This document shows positions 25,146 through 38,993 of a stretch of DNA of 64,000 bases, one piece after another. A model generated the notes under the pieces. The model was not told where the DNA came from. It worked only from the letters and a program-made list of their open reading frames with translations, and made no database searches. Origin of the DNA: Eledone cirrhosa (lineage: Eukaryota). The stretch is from assembly GCA_964016885.1 (NCBI GenBank), contig OZ024741.1:350796001-350860000 (forward strand). The letters are read 5' to 3'. Every line of letters begins with the position of its first letter. Position 1 is the first letter of the stretch. Made by a program: the position numbers and the translations under genes.

Positions 25146-26214
25146 CTAAATATTTTAATTTAAAAAAAAAAGATTAAATTAACATCATAAAAATAGAGTT
25201 CAAATTTTATGCAAGTCAACTTTGCTTTTCCTACTTCCAAAGTTAATAAAAATTATTGCTACAGCTCACACCTGCATAGGTTTAGCTGGCTTCTTATTAA
25301 GTTGCATCTTATAGCTTTCTTGAGTGATTTAATGAGAAGGGCCCTAATCATATCATGGCAAAAAATCCCTCCTGGCTCATACACAAATCTGTTGCAGGGA
25401 TTAACCCCACTCTTACCAGCTGCTGCTAGTATTCATTTTTTTTTTCAGTTGAGCGGACTGGAACAACATGAAACGAAACATCTTGCTCAAGGATACAATG
25501 CACTGCTCAATCCAAGAATCTTATGATTGTGAGTCTCAATAAGTATCAAAGCTCATTTACTTTTTTCTATTGAAAAAGGAGCATGGACCCTGAATATAAG
25601 CTAAAGTGATATTGTTTTCTTTTGACTTACTTTACTTGCATTTTCACTCCTTATTTCTAACTTGCATTGTGCTGGCTTTCATAAAATAACTAAGTACAAT
25701 CTTCACAATGCTTTATCATCATCATCATCACCATTTAACAGCCATTTTTCCAGGTTAGCATGAGTTAGACGAGTTGTTCCATTGTGAAACAAGTCAGATT
25801 AGGTGACGGTGTCTTGCTCATTTGGAACTCTTTCTGGCTTGGTTTCTATAGCTGGGTGCCATTCCTAACACCAACCACATTCACAGTGTGGACTGGGTGC
25901 TTTTTATCGTGCCATCAAAATGACCACTTTACAGTGTAGTCATCAGCATGACCATCTTACAGAGTGAACTGAGAGCTTTTTAGCCATTTCAGCAACATTG
26001 TGGGAGAGTGTGTTCAACTTCCCATGCTTGTATGCATGTGTTGGTCAAAAGAAATGCATCAGATGTGAAAAGTATGGTTGGGGTAGTGTGCGTATTTGGG
26101 GTGGGTCTTGGAAAAGTAAGTCTAGGGTGGGGTACTTATATACCTTGTTTATACTTCATATAAACAATAAATAAAATATTAAATAAATTTTTTAACTTCT
26201 TTATACAGCTGTCA

Positions 26215-28620
26215 CCACCATCATTTTATGTCCACTGTTCCATGCATGCATGGGTTGGACAGGTTTTGTTCAGCACAACATCGCTCCACTTGTCACATTC
26301 CTTCACCATTTCCTCTATGAACTTCAGCAATTTGAGATCAGCTCCCACTACCTCTGCTCTACCTTGGTCTTCTTCTACTGTGGCTTTCTTGGCACTTCTT
26401 CACCCAACAATCATCCATGCACATCACATCACACACAGGCATCATACAGCTGAACTTTCATTCATAGGGAGAAACCTTTTGTTGTCAACAGAGGTATTAG
26501 CTCCCTGAACGTCTTCCATCTTGTCCTTATTCTAGCTACTATGCTCACAAAACACCCTCCTTCATGGCTAATTATATGACATCAGTAACAGAAACTATAA
26601 ACCACTTCTTTGGGTCTTTTCTGGGATTAGAAAAAGTTTATATCAGTGGCACACTTACTATCAATTGACCCTGAACATCTACGATATACAAAGCCTTCCC
26701 TTCCTGTTAATTTGCCTGTTATCCCATTATACTTCTTATGTACCCAAGATTTGCATTGTGTACATTGTATACAGTTTCTGCCTACTCCTTTTCTACATAC
26801 TGAACAAAACTACTTCCCTGATGGGATCAGGGTCCTATTTTCTTTCCAACTTAATACTTTGGCTTTTACTAAGTTTACCCTTTTGATTCTAGGTTCTTCA
26901 GCCAGAATTTAATCTCTAGTTCTTTCACAGATTCAGCTATGAGGACCAGATCATTAGCATACAAAAGTTTCTATAGACAACCAGTCTTAAACTCCTCTTA
27001 TAGCCTGGAGGACTATGATAAACAGAAGTAGGCAAACAACTGAACCCTGATGCATTCCTACCTGTACCTTGAATTCTTCACTAAACACACTTCCTATTCT
27101 CAATTTACTGGCAGCTCCTCTGTACATGGCTTGCACTGCTGTCATAAGCCACTCTTCTACATCTAGTTTCCTTAAGGACCACCAGATAACAGATCATGGT
27201 TCTCTGTCAAAGGCTCTCTCTAGAGATCTACAAAAGCTAAATATAGTCTTACTCTTTGCTAAGAACTTCTCTTGTTGTCTTACTAAAAAAGGGCATCTGT
27301 GGTGCCTTGGCATAAAAACCGAACTGCATCTCATCTAATTTGACTCTTCCCTAATTAGTTGTGCTAGAACTCTTTCTGTCATTTTCTGTTAGTTTTATTC
27401 CCCTGTAGTTGTTCCATTCTAAAGAATCAATTTTTCCCTTGTAACACTGTTATGCCAGTCATAGGGTATGACCCCACCATGTATTATCTGATTGACTATG
27501 CAGATAACTGATTCAACTTCTACTTCCCAGATGCTTTCATCATCTCAGTGGCTATCCTAAATGGTCAAGCGACATGATTGCTTCTTTGACTCTATAACTC
27601 AATTCCGATAGGTGGTCACTTTGTTGGGTCCCTTCCTTCCGTTTATTCTCCACATAGTAACATTTCCAGGCCTCTTTCTTTTGAACATCAGTGATACTAA
27701 GTGCACCAGTGTTGTCTTGAATACACTTATATCCTGATTCCCACTGACAAACTGACATGAGATACAGAACACCACAAGACATTGGCAAAACCCCCTTCCT
27801 TCAGCCTATTTTTATGCTATGTATACCCGTCATCTAGCCTCTCTTTTAGTTACTTGGTACTGATCTCTGTTGCCCCTATTTTTCCAGTCTTTCTACACCT
27901 GTAACTTGGCTTTAATGGCTCTATTCAATGTGCTGGATAGAGTTCACCCTTTGCCAGGCTGGTGCTTTGCTCCAGCTACAGGTTGTCACATAGGAACTTC
28001 CAATTGTCCTCTATGTTATATGTGTCTAACGTAGAGCTTTCCTGAACTTATACTTAACAGAAAAGTATTTTAACATCCAAACTCTCCTCCTCTAGATTTT
28101 CTTGCATTTCTTCTTCTGGTGTTGCTAATAACTAACTAATGTTGGGCCATACATTTTTATCTGGGGAAGGCTTTAAATTTTATAACCATCCGTTTAGCTC
28201 ATTTTCTAACAAGTATGAAATCAATCTGGCTTGTGTGTTTGCCTGATTGGTAGGTGATCAAATGGCTGGCTGGTTTTCTGAAGTCTGTGTTGCAAATAGT
28301 CCATTTGCATAAAAGGATTCCAGGTACCTCACTCCCTCTTCATTTCTTGAGCCATGATCATAACCACTGAGTACACCAGTGTAGCTATCTTTGGGCTGTT
28401 CAGCACGTCCATTGAAGTCCTGCTATGATGATAAGGTCTATCTGTAAAAGTTCCTCATAGAAACAGTCCTTTTGTTCTTTACTCAGACCTGCTTGAGGTG
28501 CATAGCTAGAGATAATTGTCATCATTCTTATTGTCTATGACTATTCTGAGATTGATAATTCTGTTGCTTACTCTAACTACTTCAATTACCTTATCAATTC
28601 ACTTCTTATTTTTAATATGC
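26215..28620 (-). mobile_element. Old, heavily mutated RTE LINE (EN+RT remnants)
   Basis: Collinear homology to the 14026 and 17925 copies, including remnants of the Cys-rich finger (~26680-26820) and the 3' tail. Confidence 0.85.
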
Positions 28621-28859
28621 ATTACATGTCTATATGAACAGTCTTCTGTCTTGCACACTATATCCAATTACTCTTATGCTTTGTTTTTCTCTCATTAGAA
28701 ATATGATAATGAAAGTGTTAAAAAAAGAAAAGAGAATTGTAGTCCTAGATAAACAAAAGATTGGGTGGTTATTGCTGACCTGCCTTTGATAATAGATGTG
28801 TTCATTTAGAGCTGACTTGGAGCTAAACAACAATTTTAAGAAAAATAAAACATACATAC

Positions 28860-30257
28860 TTGTAGATTTACAGGTTTCTTTCAATTCATTGACTATAAAC
28901 TTAAGAGTTTTTGCTCCAGCTAATGCTTCTACACTCTGCCACTGAAGATGGATATTATAGTTGTTACCTAAACATCCATGAATATATGGATTCTCTTTAC
29001 AGTTCACTTTTGATGTATTTTGATGGTTCTTGGAATTTTCACTTAAAATATATTCCAATGGACTTGGATTATCATTTGAACTATTCCTAGTATTTCCTTG
29101 CAATTCTTTCAAAGGGTTTTCAACATGATTTGAATTAACAGAAGCTAAACTGTTAGAACAAAGAGAAATAACCTTGGGCTGTTTAAGTTGTGTTGAGTGA
29201 ACTTCTACATCATTATCTCTAACAGGCTCTTCAAAAGGTACTCGTATATTTGCTATACTTCCCTGAGATGGGTTTATGGGAGAGAATAAATTACTAGAAA
29301 CTGGTGGTATAGTTTTGTGATTTGGTGCTGAAACAGAAACTGAAGTCTGTAAAGTATCTTTTATTATGTCATGGCCTGTAAAGGGTTCATGTTCTTTTGA
29401 ATGACTAGCTACATTGTTGTTAACAGTCTTGTCTGAAAATGGAACACAAACTAGGGATTCCTGGATAGGAACTTGGTTTCTCGACAAATGTGAAGACAGC
29501 TCAACATTATTCATATATTTAGCAGAATAATCTGGAAGTTTATATTTGAGCAAATCAGGATAATATGTGGTCTGTCTATCACTGCATGAGGTAGGAACTT
29601 GCCTTGAATCCAAATTTGGTACACCTGATTTTGTTGAAGTTAATGGGACAGCTGAAGGAGTATTTTCAGAAACAGGTTTCTGGACTTTGGGAGATGCAAT
29701 GCATTGATTTACAGGGCTTAAAACCTTTTTTGCATTTGAAGGATCATTAGTAGTGTCTTGCCATCTATGTTTAGACAATGGTACAACAGAATTGAATGCT
29801 GACTGGTTGTTGTTAGTGTTCAGACTGGATGACACTTTATTAATTTGCTGAACAGAAAACATGTAAGCATTTCCATAAGCTGGATTAGATAATGAGACTC
29901 CAGCTCCTAAAGATGTTTGGGTGTTTACTGCTACAATATGAGCATCCTCCTTTGGTTGAATTGCATTGTTTTTTATGTTTGTTGTGTTTGCAGTGGAATT
30001 TGGGTTCCTAGGAATTGCATCAGTTTGGTGTTGCCTGACATGTCCTGAAGCTGCATGCGATTTTGTCGGTTTCTTGGACACCTTTCTTTCAGGCTTATTC
30101 TCAGTATTGGAACTATATCCAGGTGGAACTATTACACAGTCAGCCCAGTTGACAGCTGCTGTTGGACATTTATCTGGATCTGGTGTTGAAGTAGACAACA
30201 TTCTGTTGAATGGTACACTGGTTTCAATTGGGTAACCGAGGTATCGGAATGGCTTAT
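28860..30257 (-). CDS. CCDC14: CCDC14-like gene, large coding exon 5 (1398 nt, S/N/P-rich, ends AKTLKFIVNELKETCKST)
   Basis: Covers ORF 28630-30201. Acceptor atttcacag, donor gtatgt, phase 1->1. The C-terminal ...IVNELK resembles the start of the CCDC14 domain. Confidence 0.9.
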
Positions 30258-30463
30258 CTGTGAAATATTAAGAATAATAACGTAGTATTTAGTAAATGAA
30301 GAGATAATAGACTATGAGTGAGAAATAAAAACACTTGTTGTGCTACCATTAAAATTGCATATATTTTTCCATATTATCATAGAATGATGGGTTCATAATA
30401 TTTAACTCCATATTTCCATTATGGAACATCTCATTTTTGAAGAACAATGTACTCAGGAATGAC

Positions 30464-31068
30464 TTAACTCTTTAGCATTTACATTACTCTATATATACTA
30501 TTGTATTTTTGTGTTAAATGCTTTATCTTACATAATTATCTCACATAATGTCGAATCTATGAGATTTTGATGTTATTTATTTTGAGAACAATACCTTACC
30601 ATCAGTATGAGCGGTTGGTTAGAACAGAAAGCGGTGAAAGAATTCAGGCCGGAAATGGCCAATTTAAATGCTAAAGGGTTAAATATTTTCTTCTGTGAGC
30701 TTTAGCGATCTGAAGTCAGCTGTCACCACCTCTGCCCATGTTTTTTGTGGTCTTCCGCTACTGCGTCTTCCTTCCACCAGGATTTCTTGGCACTTCTTCA
30801 CCCAGTGGTCATCTTCCATGCACATTACATGGCCATACCAATGCAGTCTTCTCTCCCACACACTTCATTTTATCTCACGTAATATCAAATCTATGAGATT
30901 TTGATATTTACAGTTTATCTCACATAATATCGAATCTGAGATTTTTATATTATTTATTTTGAGAACAATACCTTAACATAAGTATGAGTGGCCGGTTATG
31001 GATGGTTTGAACAGAAAGAGGTTACAGAATTCTGGCCAGATATGACCAATTTAAATGCTAAGGGTTAA
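30464..31068 (+). mobile_element. MITE family 1 (30464-30682) followed by an inverted partial copy of the MITE::RTE chimera (30695-31068)
   Basis: The flank ATATTTTCTTCT is repeated at 30683-30694 and 31069-31080. The second part shares diagnostic bases with 22108-22490. Confidence 0.85.
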
Positions 31069-32223
31069 ATATTTTCTTCTATACCTTCCATGAATTAATT
31101 CTACCTCAATCAATAATCAACATTTCTAAGTATTTATCCAGATGTGTGTAGGACAGTTTAACTAACTGTAAATAGGACAAGTCTATCAAGTTCTAAGTCA
31201 AGCTGTAAATAGAACTTGTCTATCTAGCTATATGCAGTACTGGGCTATTTAGCTGTAATTTCATTAGGATAAGAACAATTGTGACAGTAAAAGTGAAAAG
31301 TTATCTGTAAAAAACTGGTATTCTATCCATGGGAACATGTATCTCTCATCAACTAAAGACCAGGGAAGCTGGATATATGTAACAACTATGTGGAGACACA
31401 TGAAAGTAAACAACAAAATTAGCCATTTATCTCTAACTCATGCTAGCACAAACTCACAAATTTACTAATTAAATAAAAATTAAATATGTGTGTATGTGTG
31501 TATCATCATCATCATTTCATTTTACGTCCGCTTTTTCCCTGCTTGTAAGGGTAGGACGGGAACTGATGCTGGCTTGATTTCTACAGCTGGATGCCCTTCC
31601 TAACACCAACCTCATTTACAGTGAGTGCTGGGTGCTTTTTTGCCGTGGCACCTCCACAACCACTTTACAGTGGAATGATAAGGACCTCAGTCCCTATCAT
31701 CTCATTTCTACAGCTGAGTAAACTGGAGCAATGTGAAATAAAGTGTCTTGCTCAAGGAAACAACACATCACCCGGTCTGAGAATTGAACTCACAACCTTT
31801 CGATTGCAAGGCCAATGCTCTAACCACTAAGCCATAGTAGTTGACAAACAAATTAAGACAATAAAGAGTAGAGAGGATCCTTTGATAACCTCCTTAATGT
31901 TGGTGTAATGATAAAACACAGCGATTACACTCTATAGTGTTTGGCATTAGTTGTAGAAAACATTTCAAAGCATGGAATGTCTGATTAAGGCATGGTTATC
32001 TGACCTATCTTGTCTTGGATTGTGATGAATGGTCCAACCCATGACAAGATCATAAAGGGACATAAAATAATGATCATGTTATTATATTGGTAGAATCATT
32101 AGTGCATCAGACAAAATACCTTACAATATTTAAGTTATGGACTTTTATATCCCCCAAAATCTGTGAGCTTGTACCACTGTTAGAGATCAATATTATTTAT
32201 TGATTTTATATTGAAATAAGAAC

Positions 32224-32331
32224 CTTTCAGTGATGAATTTTGCATTTCAATTTGATTTATTTGTCTTGGAGAAACAGAACGGAGAGTTTGTTCAGTGGTC
32301 CCAGAAGAATCAGAGGGTGGACAAACTGGCT
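32224..32331 (-). CDS. CCDC14: CCDC14-like gene, coding exon 4 (PVCPPSDSSGTTEQTLRSVSPRQINQIEMQNSSLK)
   Basis: Strong polypyrimidine tract + cag, donor AAG|gttctt, 108 nt, phase 1->1. Confidence 0.75.
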
Positions 32332-32746
32332 CTGAATGAAAAGAGAGAAAGAATGAGCTATAAAATAATAATTATGTAGGATCAATGTTGTAAAGAACAT
32401 ATTTTCAACAGACAATCATCATTTTAACATCCATTTTACTATAAGCTGGCATGGATCATGTAGATTTGCAGAACAGCATAATGTAAGGGTGAAGCTGTGT
32501 GGCTTAGGGTGTTCAACTAACAACTGTAAGGTTGTGAGTTTGATTTCTGGTAACACTTAATACCCTTGAGGAAGACATTTTATTTCATATAGTTGTATCA
32601 ATAAGTTGTATCTGTAATTTAAAGGGCCAACTTAGTCCCACACTATCATACTGAATCTCCCTGAAAACTATGTTATGGGGAGAGTACGAGCAGGTTGTTC
32701 CATTAGTCAAACAACTGCTAGGAATCAAAGGAAGTTCAACATGTGT

Positions 32747-32779
<33 letters not shown>

Positions 32780-32973
32780 GTATGGATACATTGAATCTCT
32801 GAAGCTCAACATTTTCAGACATGTCCTGACCACCTTTTCAGATGAAAGATGAAAGGCAAAGTTGACCTTAGAAGGATTTGAACAGAGTTGAGAACCTAAA
32901 CGAAAACCACAAAACATTCTGACTCTGCCAATTTGTGGCACACCACAAGAGAAAGGATAAAATATTTGCCTAC

Positions 32974-33047
32974 TTGGCTTTTCAGTTAGCATAACTTTTC
33001 TGAGAGGCTTCGAAGTCATTTCCTTATTTTTCCGGTTGACACCATGA
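32974..33047 (-). CDS. CCDC14: CCDC14-like gene, coding exon 3 (HGVNRKNKEMTSKPLRKVMLTEKP)
   Basis: Acceptor ttctttgctgtag, donor gtaggc, 74 nt, phase 2->1. Confidence 0.72.
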
Positions 33048-33611
33048 CTACAGCAAAGAAAACAACAAATAGACAAATTACTCAAATACATAGAGAAATA
33101 TTAACTTAAAAAACATCATTATGTAGCCTTTTCTAGAACACAACAAATGTTTTATGGCTATTTTCTCTGCTAAAGCTTTCTCAAAATCACCCCCACCCAC
33201 CCAACAATCCTTCTCCCTTTTGTCTGTGCACTTTTCTATAATTGTCTGCTATTTCTAGCAGGTCTAGCAACCATCTAGAAGTTTCTTCTTTCATTCAAAA
33301 CCACCAATTTTAAAGGGTTCCTATTCAAATCTTCCAGTGTAATTTAATAAAGGAACCATTTGTTAAGGTATATTATAAATTGCAGCTTATTAATTAAGTA
33401 AATACTTCATTAATTTATTAAAATACAGAGTATTCAAAATTCTTCATTAATTTATTAAAATACAGAGTATTTTATTAGGAATATGGTCACAAAAGGGTTA
33501 AACAAAGTGTGAGTGCAGACATTAAAGTTCACAGAAAGACAATTCCAACATCCAGTTACTATAGATTAAAGAAATGAAAATTGAAGAAATTCGAAGTAAT
33601 TTCTGTCTTAC

Positions 33612-33634
33612 CTTTTGTTGACTCCAGTAAATAC
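33612..33634 (-). CDS. CCDC14: CCDC14-like gene, putative 23-nt microexon 2 (VFTGVNK)
   Basis: Acceptor tctttcatcataaag, donor AAG|gtaaga. It supplies the phase 0->2 bridge needed between exons 1 and 3. Confidence 0.55.
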
Positions 33635-33861
33635 CTTTATGATGAAAGATAAAAAAATAAGATAGAGTATTCTAGATATTTCAACACATTTTAGTTATAT
33701 CAAATTAAAGAAATTTTAATAAACTGAAGAAAACTAGCATTACTTCATTATTCTCACAACTTTATAGATAGATAGATAGATATCATCATCATTTAACATC
33801 CATCTTCCACGCTAGCATGGGTTAGACGGGTTTGTCCCATTTAGATCCCGTCTCACTCTCA

Positions 33862-33904
<43 letters not shown>

Positions 33905-33908
<4 letters not shown>

Positions 33909-36900
33909 TCATTTTATGTCCACTTTCCCTGCTAGCAAGGGTTGAATGGGTCTACACAGACAAAGTCAGTACTGAAGCAGGGCTACTACTGACCTCCCAG
34001 ACAATCCAAGGGGTCTGCATCTTGCTTACAGTCATAAGTTCTATCAAGTACACAAGATAAGTTGTCATCTTTTAACACAAACTGAAGGGTTCTCCTAACA
34101 CCTTATTTGGCAAGATTTCTATGGCTGGATGCACTCCCCATCACCAACCACCATGTGTGTACTGGGTGTGTTTATCATGTTTATCACCAACACTAAGGTG
34201 GTTGTCATGTCCTTGACACAACTAAAGGGTCCTCCCAACCCTTTGTTTGGCAAGCTTTCTATGTTTAGATGCCCTACCTATCACCAACCACTTTACAGCA
34301 TGTACTGAGTCCGTTTCTTATGTAGATCACCATCACTACAGAGATTGTTGTGTCTAACACAACTGAAGGGTTCTCCCAACCCTTTTAGGCATGGTTGCTA
34401 CAGCAAGGTGCCTTTCCTGTCACTGACCACCCTTACACCATATTTAAAGAGGTTGTTGGCCATAGACCCAACTGAAAAGTCCTTTTTGTTCTGAGGAGGG
34501 GGGCAACAGGGAAGGGAGATAAGTATGAAGTTATATGTGCATAAGGTTATTTGACAGGGTAATGAGTATGGGATAGGGGTGGCTGATTAGTGTATGGAGA
34601 GAGGGGATGTGGTGGTATGAGGGATGCAGTCATTAGAGATGGTTGGTATGATGGAGAAATAGGCGGGGGGGGGGGGGGGCTAAAGGATGAGTAAGGGGTA
34701 GGGGTGGCTGATTAGTGTGTGGTGAGAGAGGGTGGAGTAGTGTGGAAGATGTCAATAGGGGATGCATGATGGAGATAGGTGGGAGTAAGGGATGGTAATG
34801 GGGGGGGGGATGAACAAGGGGTAAAAAATAATTACTAGAGTGCAATGGTGAGGATTGAGGATATATAAGGGCTTTAGAGGAGGGAGTAGTTTAGAAGTGA
34901 TTTCGGAGGGGGAATGGGTGGCAGGTGTATTAGTAGTTAGGATAGCTTTTGAGGAGTGTTAATGGGGGCGGGGAGACACATGGATGGGCCAGGTCATATT
35001 GTATGCTTGTGGCCAGGTGTTAATCATCACAGCATAACACCAACCATCTCAATCCTTTGTCATCTCAGTTGTGAAGCTTAGTTTCTTAAGGTCGCTCTTC
35101 ACTACCTCCTCTCTTGTCTTCCTGGGTCTATCTTTTCCATGAGTTCCAGCCACTGGGATTTCTCTGCATTTATTTATGTAGCTGCTATCCTCAATACATA
35201 TAACATGTCCAGACCAGTGTAGTATTCTCTCATGCGCACTACATCCAAATCCTTTTATGCTAAGTTTTTCTCTAACATTACACATCCATCAGCCTGTTCT
35301 GATGCTGGGTATCACACTTTCAGTGCATCCTCCTCCACTGCTAATTTGATCGCTTAAGAAACAAAAGCTATTGAAAACTTCTAAGGAACCTCCTTGGTAA
35401 CTGAAGGAATCTACATCACATGAATTCTTAGTGCTTACTTCTCCTGTGCCACAGACAAAGTCTATTTTTTTCCATTAATCTACTGCAATCCCACTACATC
35501 TCTTGTGTGTCCCACTCCTTTCTGACATATCGAATAAGGTCATTTCCCTGATTCTATCACCCTCCTGTCCTCTTTCGTTTTTGCTCAATTTACTTTTAAG
35601 CCTTTCAACTCTAGGTTCTTCTTACATGCTTGAAATTTTGTCTCTAATTTTCCTGTAGATTCAGCTATGAGGACTAGGTTATCAGCACATAAGAGCTCCC
35701 ATCGAGTGCTAGTTTTACACTCCTTAGTGATGGCCTGAAGGACAATGATAAACAGGAGTAAACTAAGGACTGAGCCCTGCACTTCATCACTATACTTGTT
35801 TCCAGCCCTCACCAAGCTGGTTGCTCCACTATACAAGGCCTGCATGGCCCTCACAAGCCATTCAACTATACCTAACGTACTAAGTGCTCACCAAATTTTA
35901 GAGCACGAGACCTTGTCAAAGGCCTTCATATCTACAAAAGCCAAATACAGTGGCTTGCTCTTAGCTAATTACCTCTCCTGTAGTACCCCTACCTGGCATA
36001 AATCCAAACTGTATCTCATATAACTTGATTCTGTCTCTAATTAGTTGTGCTATAATCCTTTCAGCAACTTTCATGACCTGGTCCATCAACTTGGTACCTC
36101 TGTAGTTACTTCTCTCTAGTGCATCTCCTTTGCCCTTATAGCAATTTACAATGCTATTGCTGTACCAGTCATTGGATATGACCCTTTCCTCTACTACTTG
36201 ATTAACTATGCATCTGACTAACTTATATCCTACTATGCTAGATGCTTTTAGCATCTCAGCAACTATACCAGATGGTCCAACTGCCTTCCCTACCGTCATG
36301 TCCTTAATTGCTTTATCTATCACACTGCTGTCAACTTTTATGGCTATTCCCTCAGTTGGGTCTGGATGAAGTAGGCCCTTGCTGTCCTATTTATTCTCTT
36401 TGTTCAGCAATCTCTCATTGTAAGTCTTCCATGCTTCCGTCTTTTAAGCATCAGACAAGTCAAACATACTTTTTCCCAACCACATCGTGATTTTTTTCTA
36501 GCACATTGTCTCACAATTCAAAACACTTCCTGCCTCTGATCTTCAGTGCAGAACATGAACTAATTTCGGTTTTCTGCCTCTGCCCTTGCTAGATCTACCA
36601 GGTGCCTGGCCTCTCTTCTAGCTATTTGGCATTTTTCCATCTCCTCCAGTCTTGTCTTTTTGTTTTTATGGCTCTGTCTACCTTATCATTCCACCACCAC
36701 ATCACCCTCCAGTCTTGTCTTTTTGTTTTTATGGCTCTGTCTACCTTATCATTCCACCACCACATCACCCTCATCTTGCTGGGACCTTGCTCCAACCACA
36801 AACCTGGTTTGTGGCTTCCAGCAGGTTGTCCCTTAGGAATTCCAATTTTTCCTCTCTGTTATATGTATCCATTTCCTCTTCCTTATTGTCAAAGGCATCA

Positions 36901-37700
36901 AGTAGGACTTCTCTGAATTTGTTACCTGTCACAGGCTCTCTTAATTCCCAGGCCTTCCTTCTCCAGACTGGCTTTTGTCTCTTAGTTCGACTAGCACTTA
37001 TTCTAAGGTCACTGACAACTTGTCTATGTTGGGAGGTACATTCTTTCCTTGGAAAGGCTTTGGCATTTACAATCATTTACTTGTCCCATTTCCTGTTGAG
37101 GATGAAGTCTATTTGACTTGTATGCCCCGCTGCTTGGCTGGTTTCTGTTATAGATCATTAAGTCGAGAGCATCACAGAACTCCAGAAGCCTAGTCCCATC
37201 CTTATTTTTTGTGCCATAACCATAGACTCCATGTATACCAGGAAATCTGACATGATGTTTCCCAACATGTCTACTGAACTCACCAGCTGCAATCATAAGA
37301 TTGCTGTCATCTGCCATTAGGGTAGTCTATAGGAGTTCCTCATACAAATGGTCCTTTTGCTAGTCTAAGTTTAATTATTCTATTACTCACTATTACTAAA
37401 TTACCCATCTCTTAGTGAAGAGCCTTCCTACTCCCCCACCCCCACCTCATTATTGCTACTCACCCAGAAGAATTTGTACTGTTGATAAGCCTGGCTGAAG
37501 CGCCCTTACTTCTTACACAGTACACATCTACTCATCTCCACAATCTCACCACACTTACCTTTTATTGTTCCAGCATTGATAGCAGCAAATGATAAGTTCC
37601 ATGTTTAATGATAAGGAGGCTGCATAGGTGTCGTGCTATTTACATGGGCCTGAAGTGTGGAGGACTATATGACCCCTTGGTAATAGTTAGGGGATACACA
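33905..37700 (-). mobile_element. Near full-length degenerate RTE LINE (EN + RT + long 3' UTR)
   Basis: ORF remnants 37024-37317, 36771-37076, 35961-36323, 35585-35854 and 35049-35285. A 63-bp tandem duplication lies at 36644-36769, and the 3' UTR has subrepeats and a C-rich tract. Confidence 0.88.
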
Positions 37701-38993
37701 TGCATGTCGGAGTCTTTCATGTACTATATTGTGTAGTTGCTCAGATGTTTGTAGTTTCTACCAGCTCCAATGACAGTTGGGGCAGTAGCAAAATCTGTCT
37801 ACATGTTGACCTCGGTCATTTTCTGGGTTATCTCCTTTTGGACATCAACAAGTCCGAGATTGGACAACTTTGAAAGGTCAGCCCTTTGTTCTCAAGTTTT
37901 GGAGACAGAGGAAGCGACATAGATAAATAGCCTGCCTTAGACCAGCCTAGGCAATTCGGAGTGATTCTTGATAGAGTAAACATATAAACTATTGCTTTCT
38001 ACAGACCCCTTGGGGTCTTACAGACTCTTACCTTCTCTAACTCTCTCTCTTTCAATCAATCTATCTCTTTGTTTTTCTCTCTCAACAAAGCCAATGAAGT
38101 TCATGAAGTTTTCTTGGTAAATACAATTTAATTCTACTTTTACAAACAAACAAATAATATCCATAATTCTTGTATTTTTTTATAGCTTTAACGTGAGCTA
38201 TTTTCAATAAATTAATAATATAGCGGCTTGGTGTCATCATGGTTCATTTATATATATTCATTTTCTGCGTGATCAAGGAACTATCATATCATCATCTTAT
38301 TGAACACTCATTCATCTGTACACATTCAACCTCTGGTCACACTGTATCACACAACAGTGACCACACCACACAGCAAGCTACAAGTGAGCACACATGCAAC
38401 AAACGAATCAACACCACAACGCAATCAACTACCAACATGGCCATCAAATCTTCACTATAGAGCTACGTCTAGTTGCTAGGTCCATCAAAGTTTGCATGGG
38501 CCTCCCATTCATCTCTAATGTAGTGAGTATAGCCTTTACTATAATGTGTGGGTGGATTGGAAGGGAATGTGCATGTACATATCTGCATATATATTATGTA
38601 TGGGTACAGCTCTCACCACAGTGGAGGGTTATGCATATTTGCATCACTTACACCCACACAAGGGGGTGGGTGTCTCAGAAGGCAGAGAAGCACATTCGTC
38701 ATCGCATGGTGCACAGATGAGGGTAGGGGAGCAGGAAAATGGCTTCTTAACAGTTAGGACATTTATTAGAACAAAGTATAAATAAATTAATTAAAATCAG
38801 AAAAACATTTTTAAAAGGAATGAATTAAATTTGAATTTAATAAGAATTTTTGGAAACCCTACTATTGCTTGATTGCCATCAAACCACAGATATCTTACAA
38901 TTACATACTAAGTATTCTGCAGTAGGGTATAAAAATCTTGTGTATGCCACTAATTTAACAGAGGAAATCAAAAAAAGAGATAGATAGATAGAT

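Noticed and set aside
34490-34980. G-rich tract and Pro/His-rich ORF 34633-34845
   Set aside because: Expanded C-rich segment of the RTE 3' UTR (also seen at ~16010-16050), not a host exon.
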